The notes beneath the pieces are model-generated. The model searched no databases. It saw nothing but the letters and a program-made list of their open reading frames with translations, and had not been told where the DNA came from. A stretch of DNA of 63,918 nucleotides, the filler included, from Hausera hauseri (Eukaryota): NCBI GenBank assembly GCA_046269625.1. It is 12 parts of 12 records of this genome, joined end to end, with 100 filler letters (N's around TTAATTAATTAA, not from the genome) between each part and the next. Parts side by side here need not be neighbours in the genome. Positions count along the whole stretch, not along the records: positions 1 to 4,835 come from JBJURY010419809.1; positions 4,936 to 10,584 come from JBJURY010213966.1; positions 10,685 to 16,575 come from JBJURY010173194.1; 9 more parts are not named here. One strand, 5' to 3'. This document shows, piece after piece, positions 1 to 11,738 of this stretch. Numbering within the stretch: the stretch's first letter is position 1; the number at the start of each line of letters is the position of its first letter. The translations under genes were made by a program, and so were the position numbers.

Positions 1-489
1 TAAAGAATGTTAATTTGCTTTGTTTCATGGACATAAAATATTATCATTCTAAATAGCATTTCTTGTCGATCATAGTAGTGAAAAAAGATGTTTTGCTCAG
101 CGGCAAAGTAGAATCTTTTCATAGGTCTTTTTGCAATAACTATAATAGTATAGAAGCTGAATTTTGCATTAAAACCAATAAATAATTCTTACATGCATGT
201 TTTTATTTTATTTATGCATAATGGATAATTACTTGTTTTAGATATTTGTTGTGATATAATGAGTACCCTAAAGACAAGATCGGCATCTTCCCATAGTATC
301 ATTGGTGGTGTGTTTTCAGAGCTGTCTTTAAGTAAACTACCAACTCGTTTGCAAGTTGCATGCTAATGATGATGACAATGATAGCAACAACGACGATGAT
401 GATGATGAGTGGGTTAGAGATTTCCAACATCAGGACAGGAACATGATTCTAATTCCAACTGTCGGACTGGAAGCAGACCGATCGAAGTG

Positions 490-2152
490 ACAAACAGAAC
501 TACTGTCGCCATCAGCACAACTACATTGATGGACTATGGCGTTATTAGCCTAGAAGACAATATCAATATTGTCGATCATCACAGAGTATGGAAAGTCCGA
601 CATCAGTTGAGAATCAATACTGAGGAAGAAATCATGGCAATATTTAGATGGACGAAAGACATGACACTTATTCGGGAGAAAAAAGTTTATGGTATGAAGG
701 AAACTTAAGATCAATATGTAATTGTGGTGAGCCTGGTACTTTCTATCTGCATCATCTAACACCGGAACGATGCTGCTATTGCTGATGGCATTCATCACTA
801 TGAAATTGAAGTCATGATAAAAACAGACAAGATCATGGCTGTCGGAACTGACAACATAACTGTGAACACCTGACACTGTGATGCAGCAATATATTTGTTA
901 GAGCTTCACAATGGTCGTCCTTTTAATTGGTTCATCCTTACACATGAACGAGCTTCCATTCCACTATCTCTGCAAAACACTCATTGGACAATCTGAAACA
1001 CTCGCACTATGGGGAGGATCAATTGCTAATGCATTAACAACTTGTGCATCATTGCCAATTCCTGTGACAGGATTTTAATGGATTACAAACGGTGATCATC
1101 TTCCAGAAATCGATCTCTATGAACTTAGTAATGATTATACCTACCTGTACAAAATGATCATAGCTTTTCGAAGTGGAAGAATCAGTGATGATTTACTATA
1201 GGAAAAGCATGGGCTCATTACGATAGTCAGGTGGCTCTCAATTGGTAACAAAATATATCGGCTGTATGTGGCAACAGCAGAACCAAGCAACGAACTGTAT
1301 TATCTGATACATTTCATTGTCTGCACCTACGGGCCATCATGGTTCAGCATCAAGTGTCACTCAAGGTTCACTAATGGCCAAAGCACTTCCTTGGTTAAAT
1401 TAAGCAACAGAGTCTGTTACCATCGACCTGCAGAAATGTAACATGGTCTGTAGTGCAACGGAATGCATACTAGTCCCACAAAGAAAATGTTCTTTTGTCA
1501 ATACTTGGAGATGACGATGAAGTCAATAGGAAGGCCGCAGTGGACATAATCAAGACTGTTCGCCAAGCAGCTGGTAGATCCAAACGGCAAGTCTAAAAAT
1601 TTTGACCGCCCAAAGTAATTTCAAATGTGCGAACATTTCGAGACTTACTGCTACCAATGGAAAAACTCAGCCTTGAATTACTTCTCACAAAGAACCTCTC
1701 TGATCAAGAACTTCATTAGTTTCTCATGCATCCCTTTATTAGTCTGATCCCGTGCCCCTCTTAGGGAGTCAGAACAGTGAGTGAGGCATCAAAATCAGTC
1801 TACGGGATGGATGCAAGGGATGGCTACATTCGAGCAGTCATCAAGTCCAGAGACTTCATGCCATCATTTCAGACGAAGCAAGATTTTGTTTTACCGCACG
1901 ACTAGAAATAAAAACACAGATACGTGAAATGTTTTTGCTTTTATTTTCTTACAGTAAGTCTTACGTACATTGTAAGGAATTAATATACTGGCATTTATTA
2001 AACTGCAGTATATACGTAAAGAACAGAAAAAAGGTGTTCCACTAACTGTGGATTTTTTTGTTATACATTTTTGAATTCAGCATAGCTGGTTGTACAAAAC
2101 CCCAAATGTGCCAAAATATCTGTAACAATTCATTGGATGACGTTACACCCTA
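490..2152 (+). mobile_element. Decayed hAT-superfamily (hATm-like) DNA transposon, transposase pseudogene plus right terminus
   Basis: Broken frames give HMNELPFHYL (~940-970), VRWLSIGNKIYRLYV (~1225-1270), QRNAY*SHKENVLLSILGDD (~1455-1515) and SEASKSVYGMDARDGYIRAVIKSRDFMPSFQTKQDF (~1780-1890). These resemble the H, RW and C-terminal motifs of hAT-like transposases. The sequence ends in ...CACCCTA at 2146-2152, like TAGGGTG-type termini. Confidence 0.6.
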
Positions 2153-3229
2153 TTATATCATTTATATTAAATATAAACAAACAAGAAACTCATCCGCTTG
2201 AAGAACCATATGGTTAATTCGTCCAAACCGGCTTAAATTATGTACTGTTGTTGCGAAATTTCGAATTAAAAGTTGATTTTCATATTAGTTATTTATAATT
2301 TTATTTGTCAGATACACGTTATTTGTTTCGTACGTCTAGTATTGTTTAAATATTGAGTTTGTCTGAATATAATGTGAATAAACATCTCCAACACATCTTT
2401 AACAAATCATATAATGTCCTTTTTGAAAAGTTGAAATTGCCCGATCATTAATGAATTCTAACAGAAGAAGATATTTAAAGAACCTTATTAAACCCTGTTT
2501 TATTGAAATATCTAAAGATTATTATGTATTGCAAGAAAATGAGAAGTAAAAATAATTAGATAAAAAGTAAATTTGATGAAATCAGTGTAATGAAAGATTA
2601 TCCAGATGATCGATCGAATCTGGATTTTAAATTGGATTGTAAAAAAAATGAACTTATTTTAAACTTTCATGGTCGTAATCAGTTTCTTGAGTCTTGCAAC
2701 AGTGGAAAACTCTTATTGCAAGATTTGGAATATTTAGTGCATCGAATATTTGATTATTTAATATGACTTCGTTCAATGATTATAAATGGCATTCACACAC
2801 GCCCAGAAAGAAGCTCCCCGATTAAACGGCTGTTGAATGATGAAATGTAATGGAAGGTTGCATTAAAATTTTGAAATGTTGTAATGCTTCCATGATTGTT
2901 AATATATTTCGTTGTATTTCAACAACCGCTATTATAACAAACAAAGGAATAGGGTTAGAGCTCCTAATATGAGTCAATTTAGAATAAATTCATTACTAAA
3001 AGAACACGACCTGCAATATTGCAAAAGTGAAAACACCATCATGGTTAGTTTTGGCGGCAATGAGTCACTGTCACTCAGTATGGGTCATTACACATCCTTA
3101 GTATGAGTCATTAGCAAAATTCATTGTACAATGAGTTGACCTTTCTGTTTCTTTTAGGAGGTAATGGATCATCTTCCTTACTTGAGCTTTCATCAGTTAG
3201 ACAGATCCAAAAAACATTTTTTCTACCTG

Positions 3230-4520
3230 TAGTGTGACACAGAAGTACTTAAATCTTTAGATAAACTGGTCTTGTATATTATTTTTGGAGAAGGAAATAA
3301 ATGAGTAAATGAAGAACGAGCATTAAGTGACTCACTTCTGCATAGCAAATAACATCCATGACTAGATGGATTGTACGGAAATATTCTTTTTTGCCTAAAT
3401 CCACGCATGGTTGTAGTTGCTGTGAGAGACTGAAAACATTTTGAAAGTATAACATTAATGTCATATGTATGAACTGCCTGTATAGACAACTTTTTAGACA
3501 TCATTTCTTTACACTCCAAGCTCCAATTTGCTTTTCAATGCCTGGATCTTATGTGTGGTGTGTGAAGGCAATTCAATCATGTAAATTCCCAAACTATTAC
3601 TTACTTCCTGTGCTTGAGCACAAGTGTTGGAATGGTACTGATCTAAGTCAGAAGCACTAGTTTATGAATAAAGTTTTCAATTACCCAATTACTCAGGTGG
3701 TGAAGACATGACACAAATGTGTCATTGCTTTTCCAGTCATTATCAGTAATAAAAACCTTTTGGAAGATGCTTGTCCATCCATGTCATTTGTAATTTGCCT
3801 TTGTAAATCAGAACTGGTGGCACATAATCACTAATAGCATTGACTGTGAAGACAGCTGTTGTTGTGCTGTTCTTTTTAGCTGACACAACATTCACACATT
3901 TGTTACACTTAACACCTAATGTTTTAACTTTTCTTGTAGGAACTGTTGTCATTCCAGTTTCATCCATGTTGAACACTCGCTGTGGCTGGTTCTCTATGCC
4001 AAGCTCTTTCATTTTATTGCACAACAATTCACAGAACGATTTAAAGCTGCCAATTCTTGCAGACACAGCTCTGAACAAACTGAGATTTTGTGATGGCTTA
4101 CATGCAAGATCTGAATGACGTTTTCTGCTTCCTTGCCACCATTTTCTTCCTGGCACTCCTTTTTAAATACTTTTTTACTGTTATGTTCATCATATTTCTT
4201 GACCATTGAAAATACAGTGTCTTGTCAAAGAAAACCATCTTCTTTCATGATGCTTGATTACATTCACTACGCTTAATTCCTCTAATTCGTCTAATGCAAG
4301 TGTTGTACCCATTGCAGGAAACATGGAAGTTGTTGTACCTATGATTCGCCTAAGCAATGTCTCATATGAAACTTTCATTTTCGCAATGCTTCTAATACAC
4401 AATCTTCCAAGTTTCGGTTTTACGTTTTGAGCATTAAAAATGGCTACATCATTTTCCATATGATAAGGACTCCAAAGTCCACGTTTTTTACCATGATAAA
4501 TCAACAGTTTACCTTGCAAA
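3230..4520 (-). pseudogene. pogo/Tigger-like (DDE_1, CENP-B-type) transposase remnant
   Basis: ORF 3743-4156 contains QRVFNMDETGMTTV...TAVFTVNAISDYVPPVLIYKGK. Upstream fragments are HTH/CENP-B-like (IRSIAKMKVSYETLLRR; PGRKWWQG). Downstream MRGFRQKRIFPYNP matches the pogo 'GF..GI.PFNP' motif. Many stops and frameshifts. Confidence 0.75.
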
Positions 4521-4835
4521 TAACAAAAAACGGTTCAAATTCCAAAAATACAAAAGATTTGAAATATGCTGGCTCATATTAGAGAGCATGTAATGTTTAT
4601 TGATTTAGCGACTTTTACAAGCGACTTTTTATTAAAAATGGGCCATTAGATTTTACCGCTACATTAAATGTCATTTAATTTTACTTCATGAATATTAATG
4701 CCATTCACGGAGGTAGAGCATTAGTAGTTTTGATTTTGATATGCCATACTCTGAAATGCCGGCATTTCCTCTGTTATTGTGTTCAATAATAAAAAGATAT
4801 GTACCATCATTTGACTTCTAATTATTTTTTACAAA

Positions 4836-4935
4836 NNNNNNNNNNNNNNNNNNNNNNNNNNNNNNNNNNNNNNNNNNNNTTAATTAATTAANNNNNNNNN
4901 NNNNNNNNNNNNNNNNNNNNNNNNNNNNNNNNNNN
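4836..4935. other. Artificial contig linker N44-TTAATTAATTAA-N44 (also at 10585-10684, 16576-16675, 22678-22777, 30055-30154, 36421-36520, 40731-40830, 44881-44980, 49931-50030, 54564-54663, 59781-59880)
   Basis: The same 100-nt spacer, with a six-frame-stop core, occurs 11 times. Composition and content change across each one. Confidence 0.97.
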
Positions 4936-7900
4936 AAAGTGGAAATGATGTAGCAACAGATATAGGAATAGTAGGGAGTGGAGGAATGAGAAAAGAGGTT
5001 GACGTATCGGTTGGTAAGATGTCGTCAACAAAGAAAGCGGGTTTTAAGTTGCTAATGTGTACTGTTGGGTCTTTGCCGTCTTTAGAGATAATGGCGTTGT
5101 GTAAGTGCAGCTGTATCAGTTTATAGGGCTTCAGGTACCGCGGCTGGAAACCCCAAGGCGCCTGATTCTTTAGCCATACAAATTTTGCCAAATACAAATC
5201 TTCGGGTAAGTATGTTTTGTCTTTGTGAAGTAGACTGCGGAACGGATCTTTGCTGACCTAGACAAAGTGATTTTGCGCCGCCCATATCGTCTCATCCGTG
5301 GGACTGTCGTCTAAGGCGGTTAGTTCGAATAATGATCGGACAGGAGCTCCGAATAAAGCTTCAGTAGGTGAGCATCTTGTAAAAGTGGACGGAGTGTTCC
5401 GACCAGAATAAATGGAGGAAGATTCGTCCAACTAGTGTTGGACTCTGCCAGAATTTTTAGTGACGTTTTCAATGTCCGGTGGAAACGTTCTAGAAGGCCA
5501 TTCGATTGGGGGTGATAAAGCGTAGTATGTATGTGGTGAATACCCAATCGGTTAATAAGGGATTTGAACAGGTTGGATCAAACTGTGGACCCTGGTCCGT
5601 GATGATGAAGCGAGGTGATTCAAACCTGCTAATCCATGTGCGAATGAAAACGTCAGCTATAGTGCCGGTGTTTGTGCTCAGCAGAGGGATGGTTTCTGGC
5701 CATCGCGAGGAACGGTCCATCATGGTTAGAATGAATTGATGTTCTTGATCGGGCGGAAGAGGGCCAACGATGTCGATATGCACTGATTTGAAACGCTATA
5801 TGCAGGGAAAGTGGAATAGTGGTGGCTTTAAATGCTTAGCTGTTTTGTATATTTGGCAAACCACACACTCCTTAACCCATGCCTGCACATCAAAACGCAT
5901 TGACGGCCAAATTACTTGTCGATGCAGTAAACGAAAAGTGGCTTAGCACCAAGATGGTGTAGTGAATGCACGCTGTGAAATGCTTGCCTTTGCAATGATG
6001 GTGCTAGTATTATGACGGAATAGCCTAGTTTGGAAGTGTCCAAAGCCACACCGTCAACAATTGCGCAAGATTTAAAAGAATTAAGCATGTCCTGAGGTGG
6101 CTGGTTCTGTTGAAGTTGATCTTGCGTAAATATCAGTGAGAAATTAATCGAACTAACCGACCCAGATAAAACATGAGCAACCAAATTGTTAACCCCGTTA
6201 ATGTGTTTAATATCGAAGTTTAATATGGACAAGTATGAGATCTGTTGTTCTTGGCGTGTAGGAGGGTGTTTCATGGCCATGATGTTAAGTAAAAGCTTGT
6301 GATCGGTAGGTATAGTGAAATGACGAGCGACAAGTAAGTGGGAGAAATGCTTTAAAGCGAGAACGATGGCCAATAGTTCTCGATCGAACGTTGAATATCT
6401 GGTTTCATGGGATGTTAGCTTGCGAGAGAAAAATTCTAGTGGTTGGTTTTCTCCCTTGTAGATCTGGTAGAGTACAGCGCCTACTGCAGTGGTTGACACG
6501 TCTGTAGTAAGGATGAGTTTTGCATCAAACTTGGGGAAAGCTAGAATATCGACAATCTTAATTCTTTCGCTTAGCTTGTCAAATTTGTCAATCCATTCAG
6601 GTGTCCACTGGATTGGCTGATGTTTTTGCCACCGCTTAGATGTGCGAATGGTGCTGTCAATTCGGAGCAATATGGTACATATTTATGTACAAAATGTAGT
6701 GTACCAAAAAAGCTGCGCATTTCGATGGTTGTACGTGGCGACTGGATATTTTAAGAGCTTCAACTCGGTCTTATTGGGGAGAATGACCGTCCAGTGAAAT
6801 AACATGGCCTAAAAAGTTAATGCGCTTTTTGAAGAAATGACATTTGTCGAAATTAATATAAAGATTATGGTGGTTAAGGCGTTGGAATATTAAGCGAAGA
6901 TGTTCCTCGTGTTGTTTGGCCGAAAATAAAACGACTAGAATATCATCGATATAAGGGTGTGCAAACGGGAAATCTAAAAGAATTGAATCAGTGTGCCGTT
7001 GAAAAGTTTGTGCGGCATTCCGCAAAACGAATTACATAAACAGGTATTCATAGAGACCGAAAGGAGTAGTGACAGCAGTTTTTTTGTCTTCGGGTGCCAC
7101 CGGTATTTGATGGTATGCTTTAGCCAAATCAATGGTCGAATAGATGATGATTGAATTAAGACGATGCAGGATATCCTTGAGGTGTGGTAAAGGGTACGCA
7201 TCCATGATAGTCAAGTTGTTCAGCTGTCGGTAGTCACCGCATGGTCTAAAAGTACTGTCCTTTTTGTGTACAACGTGTAAAGGTGATGACCAAAGAGATT
7301 TGGAACGGCATACTACGCCTGAACGTTCTAGTTCAAGAAATTCGGCTTCTACGGCCTGCCTACGACTAGGTGACAGAGGTTTTACTTTTTGGCGTATTGG
7401 TGGTTGATGCTGTCTAACTATATGGTGTAAAGTACTGTTTACGGGAGTAAACGTACGGTCTCTTTTAAGTACGCGTGGACATGATGTGTTGACAAATTGC
7501 TGTAAAATTGTAGGTAACTGTGAGAGAATCGGTGGAAGTGGTTGAACGGCTTGAGTAGTAGCGGATGCAATTTGTGAGTTGTTTTGTGATGTGCAGTCAA
7601 TTGGTATTTGGTGTAAGATGGTTGAATTGAAAATGGTGTTGGATGAAATGATTTCGTCGAATGAATTAACGTTGGTGGCAGTACCACACCCATCGACATC
7701 GAACCTCAATCGAATATCAATATTATTATCTAAAAATTTGCGAATTGAATTATTGTGATGAAAATTCAAATTATTCATTGATTTTTCTAAGATTGACCTC
7801 CCCGTCCCGTCGACTGCGCGGTAGTCGAAATGCTACTGACATGCCCAGAAATGTCGCCAGTGGTGCCGTTCCTCAAACATCGCTGACTCTGATAGAAAAT

Positions 7901-9570
7901 CTGATCCAAGAATTGCCGTCTGGACGTTAGCGACAGTAAACGTCCAGTAAACAGGTGAAGGAGATTTCGGTAAGATGAAAGATAAATTAGTCATGCCAGA
8001 AATGTTCAGCGGTTGACCTGAAGCGGTGTATAAAGGTTTAATTCAGAATGGTGAATTTTGTACTGGAAAAGTTTTTGGTAATAAGGAAATCGCTGCACAT
8101 GTATCAATGAGGAAATCAACAAATTGCGTTGTAGGAGCGGTGATCGCAGCGTTTAGAGTAAAGAGAGCAAAAGAGGCGTGTCGGCGTTCAGAAAGTGAAG
8201 TAGTGACTTTGCCATAGTTTTCCGTGACTTCTGGCAGCGAACTTAGTTGTTTTAAAAGGGTGAACTAGGACGACTATTAGAAGGAAAGGTAGTACGTCCG
8301 TCGTTTGTATCTAATTTGAAAGTGCAGCTTGGAATGTATTTCCGAGCTTGGTTTTCGAACCTTGCGTGGTAGATGCAAACAACGGTGTCCGAGAAAAACT
8401 CTTGTGATAAAATTTGCACCCTAGGCAGCATTTCTGATCACTACTGTTAAGTCTGCTGTGGTAATAGCAGATCGACGAACGCCCAGACGATGGTGAGCGA
8501 TTTCTAGACGCAAAACGAACGCGGTCAGCGACAAAATTCACTGGGCGGGACAGAGAAAGTTCGTTTAATTTAGTATTAATATTGTTAATTGTTGCGTGTA
8601 GTGCAATATTTTCAGCACTTAGCTGATTAAGCTGTTGTTCTATTGATGTATTATTGGTTTGAATATCATTAGCGGCAACTGCTGCCGAAACAACTGGTGA
8701 GGAATTTAAGTGTAGAACGTCGTGTGTCCTATCGGCTAATTCGGCCAATTTCTCAAGAGCCGTGGAGTCCTCCACCAAGGTAAGTAGAGCCCGAATGTGG
8801 ATAGGTAACGCATTGAGGAAATTGTGGCGCAGTAGGACTGGATTGTGTTTTTTAGTGGCGCCGAGAGCATGCAGATGTGCCAAAGGGGTGCGTAAAAATT
8901 CTGATGGTCGTTGTGTGCCTATAACATTGTTGTGGAAGAAACGTTGTATGGTCGTGTCCATAGAGGGTTCTGTGATCTTAAGAACGGCGTTGAAAAGTTA
9001 GGAATATAAGTCAGGAAGTTTAAAGATTTCGATGATATTGTGAATTCGTGTTTTGATGTTATTAGGGAGTAAAAAGAGAAGGTTATGTGCCTTAGTTAAA
9101 GAGTCAGTAATGTTATTTGCCTGCAGCCATAGTTGGTGAAATTGCAACCAAGTTTTGCTGGAGCCTTGGTTGTCAATAAAGAATTCGGTGCAGTAAGGGA
9201 AAGAAGCGGAAGAGGTAATAGGTGGGAAATTGCTAGCAGGTGTAGGAGTGGGTTTTTAAGCAATATATCAGATTTTGGTTTCGTAGTGGTTTTATCCGTG
9301 GTGTCTATGGTTGGCGATGAGTTCATGCCATCACGGGTACGGAAGTGTATGTGGAGACAAGTATGAGTTGAGGAAGATGATAGAGTTGCAGTATGGGGCA
9401 CTATACATCCGTTATATGTAAGGTAGAAATGAAAATAACATAGATATTAGGTGGATGATTCTACCTCTGAGGCGAAAGATCGGTGCCCGCCTATAAGCCC
9501 GACGTAGCGGCGAACGCCCGGCTGTTCCCAACCAAATGGGGCAGAGGGCGCCGGTCGCTGTAGACACCAC
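4936..9570 (-). mobile_element. Decayed Ty3/Gypsy LTR retrotransposon (CsRN1-like)
   Basis: Gag 8311-9400 has CYYHSRLNSSDQKCCLGC (CHCC). Protease FLIDTCAAISLLP is at ~8080-8125. RT motifs are SLWSSPLHVV, FRPCGDYRQLN, DLAKAYHQIP and YIDD (6771-7400). RNase H has TDVSTTAVGAVL and DRELLAI (5912-6670). Integrase has HIDIVGPLP and YHPQSNGLLERFHR (5320-5783). The order PR-RT-RH-IN is Gypsy. Confidence 0.92.
9417..9570 (-). repeat. Putative 5' LTR of the Gypsy element
   Basis: The minus strand starts TGTGGTG at 9570, exactly where pPolB homology stops, and has a TATA-like TTATAG. The 3' end (...CCTTACA at 9417) is tentative because the second LTR is outside the contig. Confidence 0.45.
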
Positions 9571-10584
9571 ATTGCACCATTCTTCTTCTTGTTTCCACGA
9601 CATGCTCATATTATCTTTATGCTGCTGAAGCATGTTTTCAAGCTTATGAGCCATGTCTTCAAGTCTCTTCATGAGATGTGCTGCTGCACCTGGACCCCTG
9701 AATAGAAATGGTTCACTGTCCAGTCCTTTAACATACATGTAATACGATGAGAGTTCATGATATTAGTATGCCGTTGTGCTGCTACGTTGAGGACTGGGAG
9801 TGAATTTCTGAACTCGTCTGAGAATAGCTTCAAAGTCGCAATAGACGACAATTGGAATGCTGAGCTTCTTCTCGAACTCCTTGAATTCAATGTAGTCCTC
9901 CTTGGGGAATTCTGGCCTTACAATAATTGTTTCTGCAGTACATTTTGTGCTCTGCAAGCTTGTCCACTGCTGTATCACCGCTAAAATGGGACAAGCATCG
10001 TATACATACTTCTATTTGTCCATGATGATTCGTAATTTGGGATCTGACTAGACGTTCAAAGTTCTTGATCCAAACATTATGTTTCTTTTCTCCATTGTCT
10101 AGTAGAAGCAGATCCCTATGATCTTCCAATTCAGTATCACATATCTGTAGGGGATAGAATTTGTTTTCATCCAATCCAATGATGTTGATTCGATTGAACT
10201 TCTTGACTTCATCTATGGATTGCGGGAACTTAAAACATTGAAAGTCATAGTTGTGCTGCAGATCACTATATAACCAAATTCAATATGCTGCATGTTTTGG
10301 ATCCGGTACGAGTTTTGATAGAATGGCATACATGAAACACTTGTTGTCATTATTATGGACATTTGAAAATGTTTTTATTAGCGATCCATTCCGAAAGCTG
10401 ATAAGAACTGACCCGCATTGGAGAGTACTTATGAACATACACAAGCAATCTCTTGATGGTTGTCAGAGTCCATCCGCTCTTCTTACTTTGGCTCTCATCA
10501 ACTTCATGGATCAGCTTTGCATGCTCTTCATGCAGCCATTCTACTATATTGGTGGCTTCAAAAATGGGTCTATTTCTGGTCTTG
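9571..10584 (-). pseudogene. Protein-primed DNA polymerase B (Polinton/adintovirus-like), N-terminal fragment
   Basis: Motifs include HRDLLLLDNGEKKHNVWIKNFERLVRSQIT..CIRCLSHF and IPIVVYCDFEAIL (Exo I). It is closely similar to 48370-49400 in contig 9. Confidence 0.85.
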
Positions 10585-11091
10585 NNNNNNNNNNNNNNNN
10601 NNNNNNNNNNNNNNNNNNNNNNNNNNNNTTAATTAATTAANNNNNNNNNNNNNNNNNNNNNNNNNNNNNNNNNNNNNNNNNNNNACTTAAAAAATATCAG
10701 TAGCACAAAAGTTACTGCGCATAACTTATTCGTTATGTATTTGAAAGATATTGTTGGAGCGTGTTTGACGTTGCTTGGATAGAAACAGACTTAAGCTACA
10801 TACTAACTGGCCCCGTTATCAGGTTGGAAACTGTCTGAAGAATTAGTAGGAAAGGGGGGAAAAAGCGGTAGATGACTTCTTCACTAAAAGAATTTTTAAT
10901 AACAGTTTTTAAAAGTGGCAAATATTTGACAAAATTTTTGTAGGTTTTGCTAATAATTAATTTCCCTGGAATAGTTTTATTTATCTTAAACTTCTGAAGC
11001 ACCTACTCAAATTAAGTTACATGAAGTAGGAGGTTTAATTTAGCCTAAGAAATAAGATGTGGTTTTGAACTACTGGACAACGGAAAGTACT

Positions 11092-11712
11092 TGTGGGGGT
11101 GTGATGCATGGAAGCACTAAATATCAATTCTCTATTCCAGTTCTACACCACCACTAGAATACTCCATCAGAAAGTTGCATAATATGTTGAACCTCATTAA
11201 AGTCAATAACGTTGAATATCCAATAAGTTGAAGTAATGGATGGTTGGTTAAAATAATTACACGATGAAACTTTGTACTAAAACTTAACCATTTATTAATT
11301 AAGAACTCAACATTATAAAAAGTTAAAATATTCAACAACATTTAACATTATTTAAATTAAGCGACTTAGCTTAGACATAAAAATAAAAGTCGCAACTCAT
11401 AAGATTAAAAGACTAAAAGTAACTGAAGAACACATTACATCTTCATTCCATGTCTATTTAAGTACATCTGCTGCTCTACATAATTGATTCATTCAAAATT
11501 TGATTTCAATCCACCTCTTCTTGTAAACGTGTTGCCTTGTGCTAAAAGTATGCTAAACTTCTGCAGTTCGCAAGTGACGTAATACCTTTGACGCAACACC
11601 TCATCTTCTTGATTTTAACTTGACGTCATCAAGTGGTGATGGGGATAAACACTTGCTTTGGTTTCGTTCGGATTGGTTCGGCTTTGGTTCGGTTTTGGTT
11701 CGGTTCCCGACA
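11092..11712 (-). repeat. Putative 3' LTR
   Basis: On the minus strand TGTCGGGAAC starts at 11712, just after the polypurine tract, and AATAAA lies at 11296-11291. The far end (...CCCCACA at 11092) is a guess. Confidence 0.5.
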
Positions 11713-11716
11713 GTAG

Positions 11717-11725
11717 CCCCCCTCC
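11717..11725 (-). promoter_or_regulatory. Polypurine tract (GGAGGGGGG)
   Basis: It lies between the integrase stop (11739) and the TG start of the LTR. Confidence 0.75.
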
Positions 11726-11738
11726 AGCGTTAGCGAAA

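Noticed and set aside
2400-3106. Coding-like remnant between the two transposons
   Set aside because: Many stops and no motif I can assign.
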